A stretch of 64,000 nucleotides of DNA from Paraspadella gotoi (GCA_051294375.1 CM119263.1:18624628-18688627), one strand, 5' to 3'. Positions 26,077 through 57,137 are shown, numbered from the stretch's first letter. Numbers and translations are program-made. The notes: generated by a model from the sequence alone, not told the origin.

Positions 26077-29000
26077 GAAGACTGAGACAAGCGCGAAAAA
26101 AAGCAAAAATATTAAGGAACAAAATAGCAACTTTTCACAAGCGACGGTAGAGGGCAAAAAAACTCGGGTTCGCTCTGAAGCAAAAACAAAATGCGTAAAT
26201 CCCTAAAAAGATACATGCAACGGAAAAAAATATTTTTTGTCCTTTATTAAACACAATTTTATAGAAATTTACTCAATGAACTATAACATGATTTTTTATT
26301 GTAAATTTCGTCTCATTGCCACAATTAGGCGGTGAACGGCAAGATAACCATTCACGTCCACTGGTCGTCCCCGGCCAAAACTGATCTCCCGATCAGCAAA
26401 TACAAGATTTTCTGGAGTCGCCGTCTCACGGAGGCGGCGGCGGTTCCATCCGCCAACGTCAAGGAAAACAAAGGAACAGTTAATGGAAACATCTTGCGAT
26501 ATAAGCTGACCAATCTGGACGCTAACGCCGTATACTTTGTGCAGGTAGAGTTAAGTCTAAATGTACGAAGTTTGCCTGATAAATTGATTGGCCAAGCAAA
26601 TATTTGATCGGTACTTTTTCTGACCCGTTTCAGGTCCAAGCTCTAATCGCTTACGGAGACGAAAAACTGCGAAGCGAGAAATCACAAGTTTTGGTGAACA
26701 CGTTTCATGTAAGACCGAAAAGAAAATTTATACCTTTTGTTTGACTACGTTGCCATTTGTCTCGCTGCTACGAGATGGCAATCGAATTTGAATCTTTTTT
26801 TTTTTTAAATTGCTACCCTTTTCTTACAATTTTGATATTCTATCTCAGGATCCCAACAAAAACGACGACCCTCTCCCGCTCATCACCGGTTCCTCTTCCT
26901 CTTCATCATCCTCCTCATCTTCGTCAGCGACGTCCTCCCTCTCTTCCCTCTCCTCCTCCCCATCCACGCTCTCCTCCTCTTCCTCCTTCCCCTCTTCTTC
27001 GAGCCTGACGGCCAAGCAGGCCAAGCTGCTTCCCAAACGCTTGGCCAACGTCACCCTCGGCCGACCCTATTTTTATAACGGACTCGTAAAGGCCAGGGTT
27101 CGATGGCGACGGCCCGGTGCCAAAGATCACGTGGAGAAGGTAATAAAACCAATTAGTTTTAAGAATGATAACTTAACTTAACTTTTAATTCATTGTATTA
27201 AGTATGAGTGGATTAAATGCAAAATCTGATTGACGACCATGTGATAATCGGTTAAAGCACTAACAATTATACTAGAAACTTATCATTAATGTAAAAATTT
27301 TCGATTGCATTGTCAAAAAAAAAAAAAAACAATTTATAAATGAATGATAATGATCCATCAACCAATTAAACCAATTCAACTCCTCCACAAAGGTGGGCCT
27401 TCACTGGGCGCCGGAAGTTTGCATCGCGGATCGAACCGTCGACTCGGCGATGACGAAGACTGTGGCGGCGACGACGAAGGACAACTTCTACGACATCTAC
27501 GAGTTGCGCTTCGACTGTCAGTACAACGTCAAAGTGCAAGGTGAGATGGAATCGAGGGTAAGGGGCGGGGTAGGGATAAAAAGAGTCTCTAGGTAAGAGA
27601 AGGAACCGCAAAGAGCCTTAAGTTAGTTAATAAAAAACGCTTGGTCCCCGACAGTAACGTTGTTTACAGACGATCCGTGTTACTTTCATCCTACCCTCAA
27701 CGATCCCCATTCCCAACTCTCGCCCTTTCAGGCATCTCTCGATCCGGCCTCCTCGGCCCCGCGTCGCACTTGTCCTTGGCCGTCCCCGGATGTAACGACG
27801 TCACGGTAAAAAGCGCCGTGGCGCCATCTTGTCCCGTGGCGCCCCCTGATGTTCCTTCGAGGCCGCAGAATCTCACTTACTACTACTACATTAAAAACAA
27901 GCAAATTCAGGTTAGGCTCTCTTGTCTCAAGGCAATATTCGTAAATATTATAAATAAATATTTGTTCTATTCCTGCTTAAACTAAAATTGTGAGCTTACC
28001 TCGGACTCTGAACTGCTATTTGCGTCAACAATCCTTTCTTTGCATTCTTTTTTTTCTCTCTATTACCTGACTCATTTCTTACTTTTCATCTTCCCTTTCC
28101 AGGTCTACTTCAAGTGGACGAAACCCGCCGAAGTTTTGCTCCTCGAGCGAAAAGTGGAGAAGGTGGACATCGGCGGCATCACGAGCGCCGGAGTGGAACC
28201 CGGCGCGACCGGCGACGCCGCCGCAGCTGGCGCTGCTGCTGTGCCGACGACGCTGGCGACCGCGAAGCCGAAGGGAAGGGCGGCCGAATTGGCCATAAAA
28301 GTGAGGAAGATTTAACAAACCATCAACAACTAAAATAATAAATTGATAAATAAAAATCATGGAGAAAATTCGAAATCGACCTATGAAATTTAGTCAATCA
28401 GTCAAAGTCATTTCAACCTTTTCAATGACAGGCCTGGCGAGTCGTGTGGGGACGACGCCTGTACAGACCGGAAGTCGGTGGAATTTCTTCGACGAGTTTT
28501 CCGATTCTCGACATGGACTCTGCTTCGTCTGAGGTAGGAGGGTCCGCCGGGACGGGTCCATGAAATGAATTTAAATTTAAAGAAGGATGGAAAGAAAGAA
28601 AATGGAAATAACGGAAATGAAAAAACGTTAATCGCTCAATGGGAAGAGAAGGTCTATGGAAAAAATATTAGATCAAGAGGAACCAAAGAAGATGGCCGAA
28701 GAAGCGATCAAGTTTAATGGATGAATGAAAAGTGTTCATAAATAAAAATGTAATGACAAAAAAGACAGAGAGGAAAAATATTTTTAATGCGTTAGTGAGG
28801 AAATTGAAATGGAGAAAAAGAGAGGAAGTTCTTTCAAAAAATTCCTGATTCCCTAACGATCGTGATTTCTTTTGAGGTTCTTCCGCCGGAACAACTGGAC
28901 TTCACAGTCGAGGATTTGGAAGAAGCGTCAGATTATCTTTTCCAAGTTCAGGCGATTAACGGAGTTGGAAACGGGGAACTCGCCCAGGTGAACTCAAAAT

Positions 29001-29616
29001 CGGGCAATGATGGCAATGACGCTTGAAGCGTATAGGTATACAGTAATCCTGAGGATAAAACGTTTATGCGCGTTTGTTGTTTTTATTATATTTTCCTGTC
29101 AGGTTTAACCCATTCTATCTTTTATAATCGAAACCGTTTTGCCTTTTGTTTTGAGTCACTTCTTTTTTTTTTTCAACAATATCTTCCTTTCGTTCCCCTT
29201 CCCTCCGCCAGGCGATCTTCACAACTCCTCGCCTCTCGTTGGCGCCCGCAGAGGAGCGGGAATCGCGTTCCCGGGACGACGATATTGACGAAGACGACGA
29301 CCCCATAAACGACGCCGCTCCATACGACGACGGCGCCGGTTCCTTCCTTTTTGATTTGTTTTCCGGCCGCAACGGCGCCGCTTTACCGACAGCTTCGTTT
29401 CTGACTCTCGCGGCGACGGCCCTGGCGTCAATTTTGACGGCGTCGTCGCTCGCCTGCGACGGCGCGCTCTATGACTCTTTCTTCGGTGTCGGCGATAAAT
29501 CGCGAACTGTGACGCCGTCTGCGTCGTCGTCGTCGTCGTCGTCGACGTCGTCCCCGACCGAAATTTCAACCCTAAATCCGCATATCAGTCGTCGTCGTCT
29601 TCGGTGCTGTTTTTAG
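8982..29616 (+). CDS. ANOS1: Anosmin-1 / KAL1 orthologue (Cys-box end, WAP, 4x FN3, C-terminal extension); spliced, 5'-partial. Exons: 8982-9119, 9850-9934, 24605-24771, 25413-25542, 25768-25961, 26329-26544, 26634-26708, 26849-27139, 27393-27540, 27732-27910, 28103-28300, 28432-28533, 28877-28987, 29212-29616
   Basis: Spliced translation gives CQSNCQ...CLASCEFLQKIIHEHQGVCPPVGDASGFAAVCMNGCSEDSECEDTEKCCSNGCGMSCQ. This matches the recalled anosmin motif CLTSCEFL..KQGDCP.PEKASGFAAACVESC..D.ECSG.KKCCSNGCGHTCQ. FN3 motifs follow (WYKFRVASVNVVG, YKIFWSRR, LRFDCQYNVKVQ, YLFQVQAING). Boundaries are GT-AG with concordant phases, except for two local frame breaks in error-prone sequence. Confidence 0.93.
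9767..9826. repeat. 30-bp perfect tandem duplication just upstream of the WAP exon
   Basis: aaaataataagctttacgagactgtacaaa occurs twice. Confidence 0.9.
9850..9934 (+). CDS. ANOS1: Anosmin exon: WAP four-disulfide core
   Basis: ttttcag| acceptor, ag|gtaagt donor; VCMNGCSEDSECEDTEKCCSNGCGMSCQ. Confidence 0.93.
13229..13289. repeat. (TCG)n microsatellite, about 20 units
   Basis: Directly visible. Confidence 0.97.
19288..19380. repeat. (TCG)n microsatellite, about 31 units
   Basis: Directly visible. Confidence 0.97.
21736..21830. promoter_or_regulatory. Intronic cluster of extended E-boxes (GTCACGTGAT x3) overlapping CRE-like sites; candidate enhancer
   Basis: GTCACGTGAT at 21741, 21761 and 21783; GTGACGTCAC palindrome at 21736; GACGTCAC at ~21823. 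Confidence 0.4.
24605..24771 (+). CDS. ANOS1: Anosmin exon: start of FN3-1 (contains probable indel errors)
   Basis: ccaccag| acceptor and ga|gtaagt donor. Both neighbours require phase 2, but the length is 167 nt. One frame reads GVPFSGRRLEIKVTERKILKTKSRMVRVFW, similar to anosmin GVP.KPR..L.F.E......V.W. Confidence 0.6.
25413..25542 (+). CDS. ANOS1: Anosmin exon: FN3-1 middle
   Basis: ttttcag| ... cag|gtttgt; DDSNDILKQRKKSRHRVPEIYILQMQSHVGRSANENLMSKWKQ. Confidence 0.85.
25768..25961 (+). CDS. ANOS1: Anosmin exon: FN3-1 end / FN3-2 start
   Basis: ccctcag|; VKLLVDQTQYQVPRLSVGHWYKFRVASVNVVGASDFRESTKAFKLKAEPRTPSPPRNLTLG. The donor phase does not match the next exon (probable indel). Confidence 0.88.
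26329..26544 (+). CDS. ANOS1: Anosmin exon: FN3-2
   Basis: attag| ... cag|gtagag, 72 codons; AVNGKITIHVHWSSPAKTDLPISKYKIFWSRR...LTNLDANAVYFVQ. Confidence 0.9.
26634..26708 (+). CDS. ANOS1: Anosmin exon: FN3-2 end
   Basis: tttcag| ... cat|gtaaga; VQALIAYGDEKLRSEKSQVLVNTFH. Confidence 0.88.
26849..27139 (+). CDS. ANOS1: Anosmin exon: poly-Ser linker and FN3-3 start
   Basis: ctcag| ... aag|gtaata, 97 codons; ...LANVTLGRPYFYNGLVKARVRW. Confidence 0.88.
27393..27540 (+). CDS. ANOS1: Anosmin exon: FN3-3
   Basis: caaag| ... g|gtgaga; VGLHWAPEVCIADR...NFYDIYELRFDCQYNVKVQ. Confidence 0.88.
27732..27910 (+). CDS. ANOS1: Anosmin exon: FN3-3 end / FN3-4 start
   Basis: tttcag| ... cag|gttagg; VPGCNDVTVKSAVAPSCPVAPPDVPSRPQNLTYYY. 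Confidence 0.87.
28103..28300 (+). CDS. ANOS1: Anosmin exon: FN3-4 with Ala/Gly-rich insertion
   Basis: ttccag| ... aaa|gtgagg, 66 codons; VYFKWTKP...AELAIK. Confidence 0.82.
28432..28533 (+). CDS. ANOS1: Anosmin exon: FN3-4
   Basis: gacag| ... gag|gtagga; AWRVVWGRRLYRPEVGGISSTSFPILDMDSASSE. Confidence 0.8.
28877..28987 (+). CDS. ANOS1: Anosmin exon: FN3-4 end
   Basis: tttcttttgag| (GAG acceptor) ... cag|gtgaac; VLPPEQLDFTVEDLEEASDYLFQVQAINGVGNGELAQ. Confidence 0.85.
29212..29616 (+). CDS. ANOS1: Anosmin terminal coding exon (acidic stretch, hydrophobic segment, Ser-rich/basic tail)
   Basis: ccgccag| phase 0; AIFTTP completes the FN3 G-strand; open to TAG at 29614-29616. Confidence 0.8.
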   Translation, partial: AIFTTPRLSLAPAEERESRSRDDDIDEDDDPINDAAPYDDGAGSFLFDLFSGRNGAALPTASFLTLAATALASILTASSLACDGALYDSFFGVGDKSRTVTPSASSSSSSSTSSPTEISTLNPHISRRRLRCCF

Positions 29617-29746
29617 TCCTTGAAATCGATCGAATTGTGACGATTTTTTCAAGATTTTAAATGAATTCTTCATTTCAAGATGAACGAGTTTTTTAATGGA
29701 AAATTGATAATAGTTTTTTTTTTAAATTTCTTTCTTCGGTGGCGTC

Positions 29747-29752
29747 AATAAA
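29747..29752 (+). terminator. Candidate polyadenylation signal for the anosmin gene
   Basis: First AATAAA downstream of the stop codon, about 130 nt after it. Confidence 0.35.
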
Positions 29753-31952
29753 ACAAATTATTTAAAAAAAAAAGTGATGTGATGATATCAAAATTTTTTC
29801 CCGCGGTCGAATAAATGATTGCGTTGAGCGAACGAATGTTTCTTTGAAAAAAATTAAGGAATGAATGAATGAACTGAATGCAAGGAAGATTTGAATGTAT
29901 GTATATGTTGGAAATTTTAAAACGTTCTTAACTTACGCACATTGTTGTTTCTTTTATTTTTAAACCAAAAGTCGCAAAAAATCTAATTTGCATTAACATG
30001 AACGTTTCACGATATTTTTTGCCGCGCAATCACGAAAATATCTACTTTAGTTTCTTCAAATTGTTTTCACATTAACCCCTGATTTCCCGCTCTTCTCATC
30101 TTCCATTTCAGCCCCGTCTGTGCGAACGGTTCGATTCTGTGAATTTCGTATCCATACCGTTTTTATGTTTTTTTAAATGTGTAAATTTTAAGGTCAAACT
30201 CTCTCTCTCTCTCTCTCTCTCTGTATGTTTTTATGCATTAGGGTTTCTAAATAAGTTTAAATGTACTCCACTCAAATTCAAAACTGAGTGCACTGAATTC
30301 TAGCTTCTTTCCGCATTGTGACCTTTGTTTTTACCAGATACTTCAGTTACACTTCTAGGAAGAAAATAAAATCTAAGCCGATCTTAATTCAAAGAGTTAG
30401 TTCTTTTGGAGATTCCCCTCTGTACTTCATTTCTCTTTCGCAATGTATATTCTGTCAAAAAAAGTCGAATAAATTTGTTATATCATTTCACAACGTCGTC
30501 ACTTATTTTATAGGATTTTTTTAAAAGGTTACATATATAACTATAAGCAGAGGGAAAAATGTTTACTAGTAGTAGTTCAATTCCTTTTTCGTAGCTTGAT
30601 TATAATAAAAAATACAAATTCTGATATAACTGAAGACTGAGACCGCAAACTCATTATTCGAAGGAAAGAAGAAAGATGTTGTATTTTTTAAATATAATAA
30701 GATCGAGTGAAATAAATTATTCCGTGAAAATACGTACAGCAAAAAGGGCGCACGCTCAAAGTTAAATGAACAGCGGCAGACAGGCGTACGTGCAAATAAA
30801 AGTTAGAGAACCAAAGTTTAAATTTGATCAACAACGTTGTACGATTTTTTTATTTAACTTGCGTGTTGTTTAAAAATGTTATGTAAACATTCTGCAAAAC
30901 TTTCTTCCGGTCTGGTTTTTCTGAATTTTTTTTTTCGTCGATAACAATATTTGGTTAACGACATTTTTATAGTGGCAGTAAAAAAAAAATAAATAAACGG
31001 CAAAAAAAGCATTGGTTAAGTAACAAAATGGAAACTTAAAGTCAATTTTTTTGTCTTCAAAACAGCTGTTTTTTATTGGTACCTTATCCGTTTCAGGGAT
31101 ATGAAACTAGGATCAAAATATAGATTCTAAAATCTTTTTAAGGTAAAAAGAGAAAACTAAAATTATTAAGGCCGAGATTATAAATTTATAGGAGCGCAAA
31201 ATGACTAGTCCGTGTTCAGATCCGCGCCGGGTTACCTGTAAAGACGATTGGTTGGGTTGTTCTCGTATCGTGTTTTCTCGCAAAATCATGAAACGATACA
31301 GTGTGTATGATTAAAAATGAGATTAAAAGGGGCTAAGAAAATAGGAAATGTGGCATGTGGTAGGAAAACTATGCCTGAAGCGAATTTTATGAAACCCGTC
31401 ATCGCCAAAAATTTATCGCACTGTATCAGTTACTGAGAAAACAAACTGTGTATATATATTAAAAATATAAAAATTCTCATTGTTTAACAGTATTATTTAC
31501 ATATATATATCATATATATGCGTCGATCCAACGAATAATAATATTCAATAACTAACCGTTGACTTGTTTTAAAAATTTAGAACCGAATAAAAATTATTTT
31601 CAAAAACATTTGTTCCGAGATCGAATAAAGAGTAATAATGGGCGTTACAAATTAAACAGGGTGATAGCAATAGAATCTTTTTCAAAGTTAACCGCGAAGT
31701 TAAAATTTAAAAAAATCCACGCCTCAGGAAGTCGTTTTTCTTGTAATTTCCAGTTTTGTAGGGGTCTGTCCGGTTTGATGTTGTTTTTCAGGGTCGTTCA
31801 GTGAAAATCCATGGGGAAAGCATTTCTTGAGCTTTTGTATTTTAGCCAAAACCAAAAGCTGAAGAGAAAAAATATCATAAATGAACGGAGACCAATCGTC
31901 ACAAACAGACAATTTAAGGAAAAAGGTATCCTCTTTAGAGTAATAACTCACC

Positions 31953-50927
<18,975 letters not shown>

Positions 50928-51592
50928 CTTGTAGGGTCACATCGCGACATGCTGCCAAAACGAGAAATGATTTTTTATGCAATATTAGGAATGTTTCAAA
51001 TATTAAAAAAAGTTAAGAAAGTGAGTCATAAAGATCTAGATAAAGGGACGATATATCACAATTATCAGATACACTCTTCTGATTAATCGCTAATATTGAA
51101 GAAAAGGTTTGCGCGGCATTTAAAATGCCGCCGGAAGCCTAAGGCCTTCGAACGATTGTTAGTCTTGGATATAATCGGTATGCAATGCAAAAGTCAATCT
51201 GCGATACGTGAAAGTCAATTGGCAATAAAAAAAAATCGTCTCACTCAGTTCAGTCATGAACGGAATTTAAAAGATAGAGAGTGAAAGAGAGTAAGAAGAG
51301 GTAATGGAAAAAAAACCCGCGATATTCAGCGAGCGTTGACAAACAAACAAAAACTGCCAATAATTCGAAAGGCAAACACTGAACTTGAGGCCAAAACTAA
51401 AACTGGGCCAAAGAAGAAAAAACCTTTTGAAAAAAAAAAAAAGAAATCGGAGAAGAAGGGAAAACGAAGAGAAACTAAGATTAAAATCGGGGGAAGATTT
51501 AGCTGTCGTGATTTGGAAATTGTTTCAGTAGTTTATAGCATTTAGAAAATTTAGCATTTAGCTATTTGTTTAAAAGGGGAAAAATTGAGCAA

Positions 51593-51692
<100 letters not shown>

Positions 51693-53009
51693 AAATGAGA
51701 GAGAGAAAACGAGAAAGAGAAAAAAGAAAGAAAGAAAAACGGCGGTCGGAAAGAGGATTAAAGATGCAACAAGAAGCTTTTCGCTTTTTCGCGGAAAGCG
51801 ACTAAGAAGATTCCGAAAATGGAGAAAAAAGATCGAGGGAAAAAGAAAGAAAAAGGGAGAGAGGCTAGCCGGTGGCGTCAAAGTGCCAGTGGCGCGGATC
51901 CGACGTGACGAACCTTTTTTTTTTTCTAGGAAATGTCAGTCAATATCCGTTGTCATTCCGCTCGATAGACAATTTCCATTGTCTCTTCGGTCGGTCAGAT
52001 AACGTTAGCTTTTAACAGTTTCCGTTAAGTAACGCTTTTAGATAGACATGAATGTTGAATGTTTAATGTTGATGGTCGTTCCATTGTTTTCATCTACTGA
52101 GATTCGACGTTTCATAATTTTTTTTTTATCCCAGTTTCTCTTCCGTTCTGGAATTTAATTTGAGTTCTGTCGTTTAACTTCGTTTATTGTTTTCATCGAA
52201 TCTGTTCGTCGAGAGAAAAAAAAAAGGGAAAAAACATCGAAGTGAAATCGAGAGAAAAATAGAAGGAATTTAAAAAAAAAATAAAATGTGAAGTTATATA
52301 TGGAAGAATCGGGATTGTCGGTAAACAGAGCGAAGGATGAGAAAGATATGGAAGTTTAATCCAAGGAAAAAGATGGAGAAAGGAAAACCGAAAATAAGTG
52401 AATAAATTTTGAGAATGAAAAATAATTCAATTTATATTTTTATGGAGGAGTCAACGAACTCGTTGTCAGTCTATTCCAAAAAAAATTGAAAAAAAAAGGT
52501 AAATCTTTATCGAAGTTATTGAGTCGAAACTTTTAAAGGTACTACTACAAATACAAATCCAGTTCTTTGAAATATTTATGATAAATCGTAGTATCCTACT
52601 TTGTTGATTGTTTTTGCACGATTGCATGATTGCGATTATTACATGTTTGCGAGTAAATTTAGTAGNNNNNNNNNNNNNNNNNNNNNNNNNAAATGAAAAA
52701 AAAATGAAAAACGGGCGCGAGTGGGAAAAGAGAGAGAAGAAGACGAGAGAGAGAGCATGAGATGAGAAGAGGGAGGAGAGAGAAAGGAAGGAGACGAGAG
52801 AGAGCAGAAGAAAAAGAGAGAATGAGAGCGCTTAAAGGTTGCCAATTATTTGGGTGGTGGGTGTTGTCGCGCAGAAGTAAAGAGGATTCGATGCAGAGAA
52901 AAAAACTCCGTTTTTAAATGTCACACTTTTGAGCGGATGTGTAGGGAATAGAAGAGAGAGAGAGAGGAGAGGGAGAGAGAAAATGAGAAGAGAGAGAGAG
53001 ACGAGAGAG

Positions 53010-53047
<38 letters not shown>

Positions 53048-54094
53048 TTAAATTGCACGACAGAGACTCGTCAAGTTTTATTGTCAAAATGAAAACGACA
53101 AAAGAGAGAAATCATTCAAAGAGAGAGAAGTAGAAAGAAAGAGAATATAAAAAGTAAGAGATATAAAGTAGCAATTTTTGTGAAAGTTGGAAAAAAAATT
53201 TATCAGAAATCGATGACGTCCCTGACATAAAGTTCGGTGCGATATATATTTTTATAAAAGAGAATTTTTGGAAAATCGAGAATTTGCCCGAATTATCGCA
53301 AAGGGCGCAAAATATAATGAAAGATATCCATATTTGATTAAATATTTCTATAGATTTTCTTGGCCAAAAAATTTAGGAGCGTACATTTCACGCGGCTATT
53401 TACATACTATGGTATAAATAACCCCAGGATTGCCTCATAGTCTGAAGGAAAGCGTTGGTGAGTCCGTTTGCCCCGTTTGGCTGTTAAACTTCAACCTCGG
53501 CTCATTAACTTCCCTGTTTTATGTTTTATGTATCACTCGATGCACTCTGAAAGACAGTAAAAGGGTTGCGGCCAGAAGACAACCAAGAATAGCTCATTTT
53601 CCAATGAAGCGGCCATTTCCATGGCGACGCTGACTTTGTCGACAACGACGACAAAGCGGAAGGCAATAAAAAAAGCCTCCTTTTCCTCGCGTCGTGTTTT
53701 GGGTCATAAACTTGTTACCATCGAAGGCTGGCGCTTCTGGTCTTTTCCAGAAAGAGTTGGACAGAGAGGGAGAGAGAAAAAACTTATCAACAGGAAGGAA
53801 GTCTCTGTCCTTTTGGGCGAGAACTTCTGGCTTTAATGACGAAGACGACGGAGAATTTTGGGCAGTCGAGGGCGAGGTGGACGTTCACACCGTCCGAGGG
53901 TAAAAGTGAGTCACAGATTTGAAGAAAGTTGGGAAAAGGAAAAAAGAATAAGGGGAAAAATAAACATTGTTGAAAACAGAAAATAACAAAAGAAAAATTC
54001 GACTCGCCGATTGAAATTAATAACTATTGGTAAAAGAACGAGATCTCTCTCTCTCTCTCCTCTCTCTCTCTCTATCTCTCTCTCTCTCTCTCTC

Positions 54095-54995
54095 NNNNNN
54101 NNNNNNNNNNNNNNNNNNNNNNNNNNNNNNNNNNNNNNNNNNNNNNNNNNNNNNNNNNNNNNNNNNNNNNNNNNNNNNNNNNNNNNNNNNNNNNNNNNNN
54201 NNNNNNNNNNNNNNNNNNNNNNNNNNNNNNNNNNNNNNNNNNNNNNNNNNNNNNNNNNNNNNNNNNNNNNNNNNNNNNNNNNNNNNNNNNNNNNNNNNNN
54301 NNNNNNNNNNNNNNNNNNNNNNNNNNNNNNNNNNNNNNNNNNNNNNNNNNNNNNNNNNNNNNNNNNNNNNNNNNNNNNNNNNNNNNNNNNNNNNNNNNNN
54401 NNNNNNNNNNNNNNNNNNNNNNNNNNNNNNNNNNNNNNNNNNNNNNNNNNNNNNNNNNNNNNNNNNNNNNNNNNNNNNNNNNNNNNNNNNNNNNNNNNNN
54501 NNNNNNNNNNNNNNNNNNNNNNNNNNNNNNNNNNNNNNNNNNNNNNNNNNNNNNNNNNNNNNNNNNNNNNNNNNNNNNNNNNNNNNNNNNNNNNNNNNNN
54601 NNNNNNNNNNNNNNNNNNNNNNNNNNNNNNNNNNNNNNNNNNNNNNNNNNNNNNNNNNNNNNNNNNNNNNNNNNNNNNNNNNNNNNNNNNNNNNNNNNNN
54701 NNNNNNNNNNNNNNNNNNNNNNNNNNNNNNNNNNNNNNNNNNNNNNNNNNNNNNNNNNNNNNNNNNNNNNNNNNNNNNNNNNNNNNNNNNNNNNNNNNNN
54801 NNNNNNNNNNNNNNNNNNNNNNNNNNNNNNNNNNNNNNNNNNNNNNNNNNNNNNNNNNNNNNNNNNNNNNNNNNNNNNNNNNNNNNNNNNNNNNNNNNNN
54901 NNNNNNNNNNNNNNNNNNNNNNNNNNNNNNNNNNNNNNNNNNNNNNNNNNNNNNNNNNNNNNNNNNNNNNNNNNNNNNNNNNNNNNNNNNNNNNN
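54095..54995. other. Largest assembly gap (others: 511-1246, 2414-2604, 3345-3621, 7639-7658, 9649-9658, 13956-13989, 14652-14835, 14940-15340, 15962-16118, 16627-16841, 17513-17728, 21875-22034, 24817-24841, 41524-41548, 52666-52690)
   Basis: Runs of N, many flanked by microsatellites. Confidence 0.99.
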
Positions 54996-57009
54996 CGAAC
55001 GAACGAACGAACGAACGAACGAACGAACGAAGAAAGAAACGAGAGGTACTCGGAATGAATGACGCACGAATAAACGGTCGAAGCCTCCAAAGAAAGATCA
55101 AAATAATGATCAATGAACTAATGAACGAATTACCGCAAAAATCAATGAACGAACCTTAGGACAAGCTAAAATATCTGATCTATTTTCTTTTGACTTTCGT
55201 ATTAATGACTTTCGTGTTAATGTACATATCATTTACGATTCCTAGCGCCGATTTAATTAAATGAAAAGGCCAATGTTGTTTACTCTCCAACGATCCGCCC
55301 ACGCGACGAGGGGAACTAATTTGACCCCGATTCCCCCGCCATCTCTCTGACGTCCCCCGTCGCCCGCCGCCATTTTTTTTTTCGAAATTTCGTGACGTTA
55401 AAAGGAAATCGAGATTCTTCGATCCTCGTCAGTCTCATTCTCGGAGTCAATTACGGTTACGATAGCAAGTATCCAGATTCGAGTCATTAATATTAAATTA
55501 AGGGAAGTAAAATGCGGATTGTATTGCTCTTTTTCTTTCTCGCTGGTACGATAAAAATGTCTCAACACGAAACGCTAAAAGCCAAGTGCATAAAAAACTG
55601 TCACGGCGGGTTATCGTCAAATGTGAAATGAATTGCTCGCTCGTTCAGTCGCCGACAGCAGTGAATCAACGAGGAGCTATTTCACGTATTTGACAGTCAG
55701 AGTCTCACTGTCTCACCGATCCCGTGACCATCTCTCTCAGTAATCTGAGTTCTGAGGAACGTGTCTAACGAGAAAAAAAAAATCTTGAACGAAACTCGAT
55801 CCGATTTGCGTCACGCGTCAAAATAAAAAGAGGGATATCATTCGAAATGTAATCACTAATCAGTGTAATTGACAAATGATTGTAAAGGGTCGTTTATAAA
55901 TTTAACTTCTTATTTTAGGCTTCTGTCTAAAAATGGTGGATATTATTTTAACATCGAATTCGCTATTACGAGCCCAAAACGCCTTAACATTAAAATAATC
56001 ACCTGAAAAGGTCTTATCAATAAATCAGGCGTGATGACAGATATTATATGTTTATATTAACTTTAAATCAGAGGACGATAAGACAGCTTGAGCCAGCTGT
56101 TCGTTGATTGATAAGAAAAACGCTCAATTATATATTTTTTTGTTTCCCAGGATAAAAATATGATAAATCATAATGCAGTGATCATTATAAAATGATTATT
56201 TAAGGATATTTACTAATTACTTTCATGATTAATGAGAACACCGTTCGACTATTTTTTTCACAAAAAGAAAAAAAAACTTTTGTTTATATACTTATGATTA
56301 TATATCACGTGGAATATAAAGTAAATTAACGCTAGCATAGTTACACAGACCGGAGAATAAAGCAAAACATCAACAGTCATCGCCGACCAATTTATTAACA
56401 AAAGAGAGAAGAGAATAACCTTGAAATAGCGAAACTCACGGCGAAAGTTGAATTTTAAAAGTCAGAGGTCAACGACGCCGAAAAAAATTCACGAAGAAAA
56501 CGAAAAAAAGAAAAAAAGAAGACAAAATTGCGAGCATAACGTCCAAAAAAACCACGCAAGATTCCGACAGATTTTGAGATTCGTAAAGTGGAAAAAGTTG
56601 TCTTTCTCTTTTTTCTCCTCCGATTTAAAAAAAAAAAGGATTTTTTGGAGTATATTTTTTCCTTCTTTCCATCTGCTTTCGGCGAAAGAGCGCGCGTTCT
56701 GAGAATCGTCAAGTTGGAATCTCTACCATATGGAGTGGATATTGACGACGAGGAGGAAGAGAAGGATGAGGAGGAAGAGAAAAAAGAAGGTAAGAAAAAG
56801 GAGGAGGAGGAGAAGGAGGAGGATGATGAGGAGGAAGAGTATGTTCTGGGCAGTGAAGATAGTTCTCGTTTCATCATGGGGTGACGACGACGGAAGTAGA
56901 AATCCGACACGCGGTCTGAGCGAGAGAAGATAGCGTGGCGGTGAAATGTAAACACCATATTAGGTTAAAATCATAACTAAGAAAAGAAAAGGAAAAAAAT
57001 GTAGAAATA

Positions 57010-57057
<48 letters not shown>

Positions 57058-57061
57058 AAAA

Positions 57062-57137
<76 letters not shown>

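Noticed and set aside
56588-56958. Acidic + strand / Ser-rich - strand ORFs
   Set aside because: They derive from a GAG/GAA triplet tract, with no recognisable domain or linked exons
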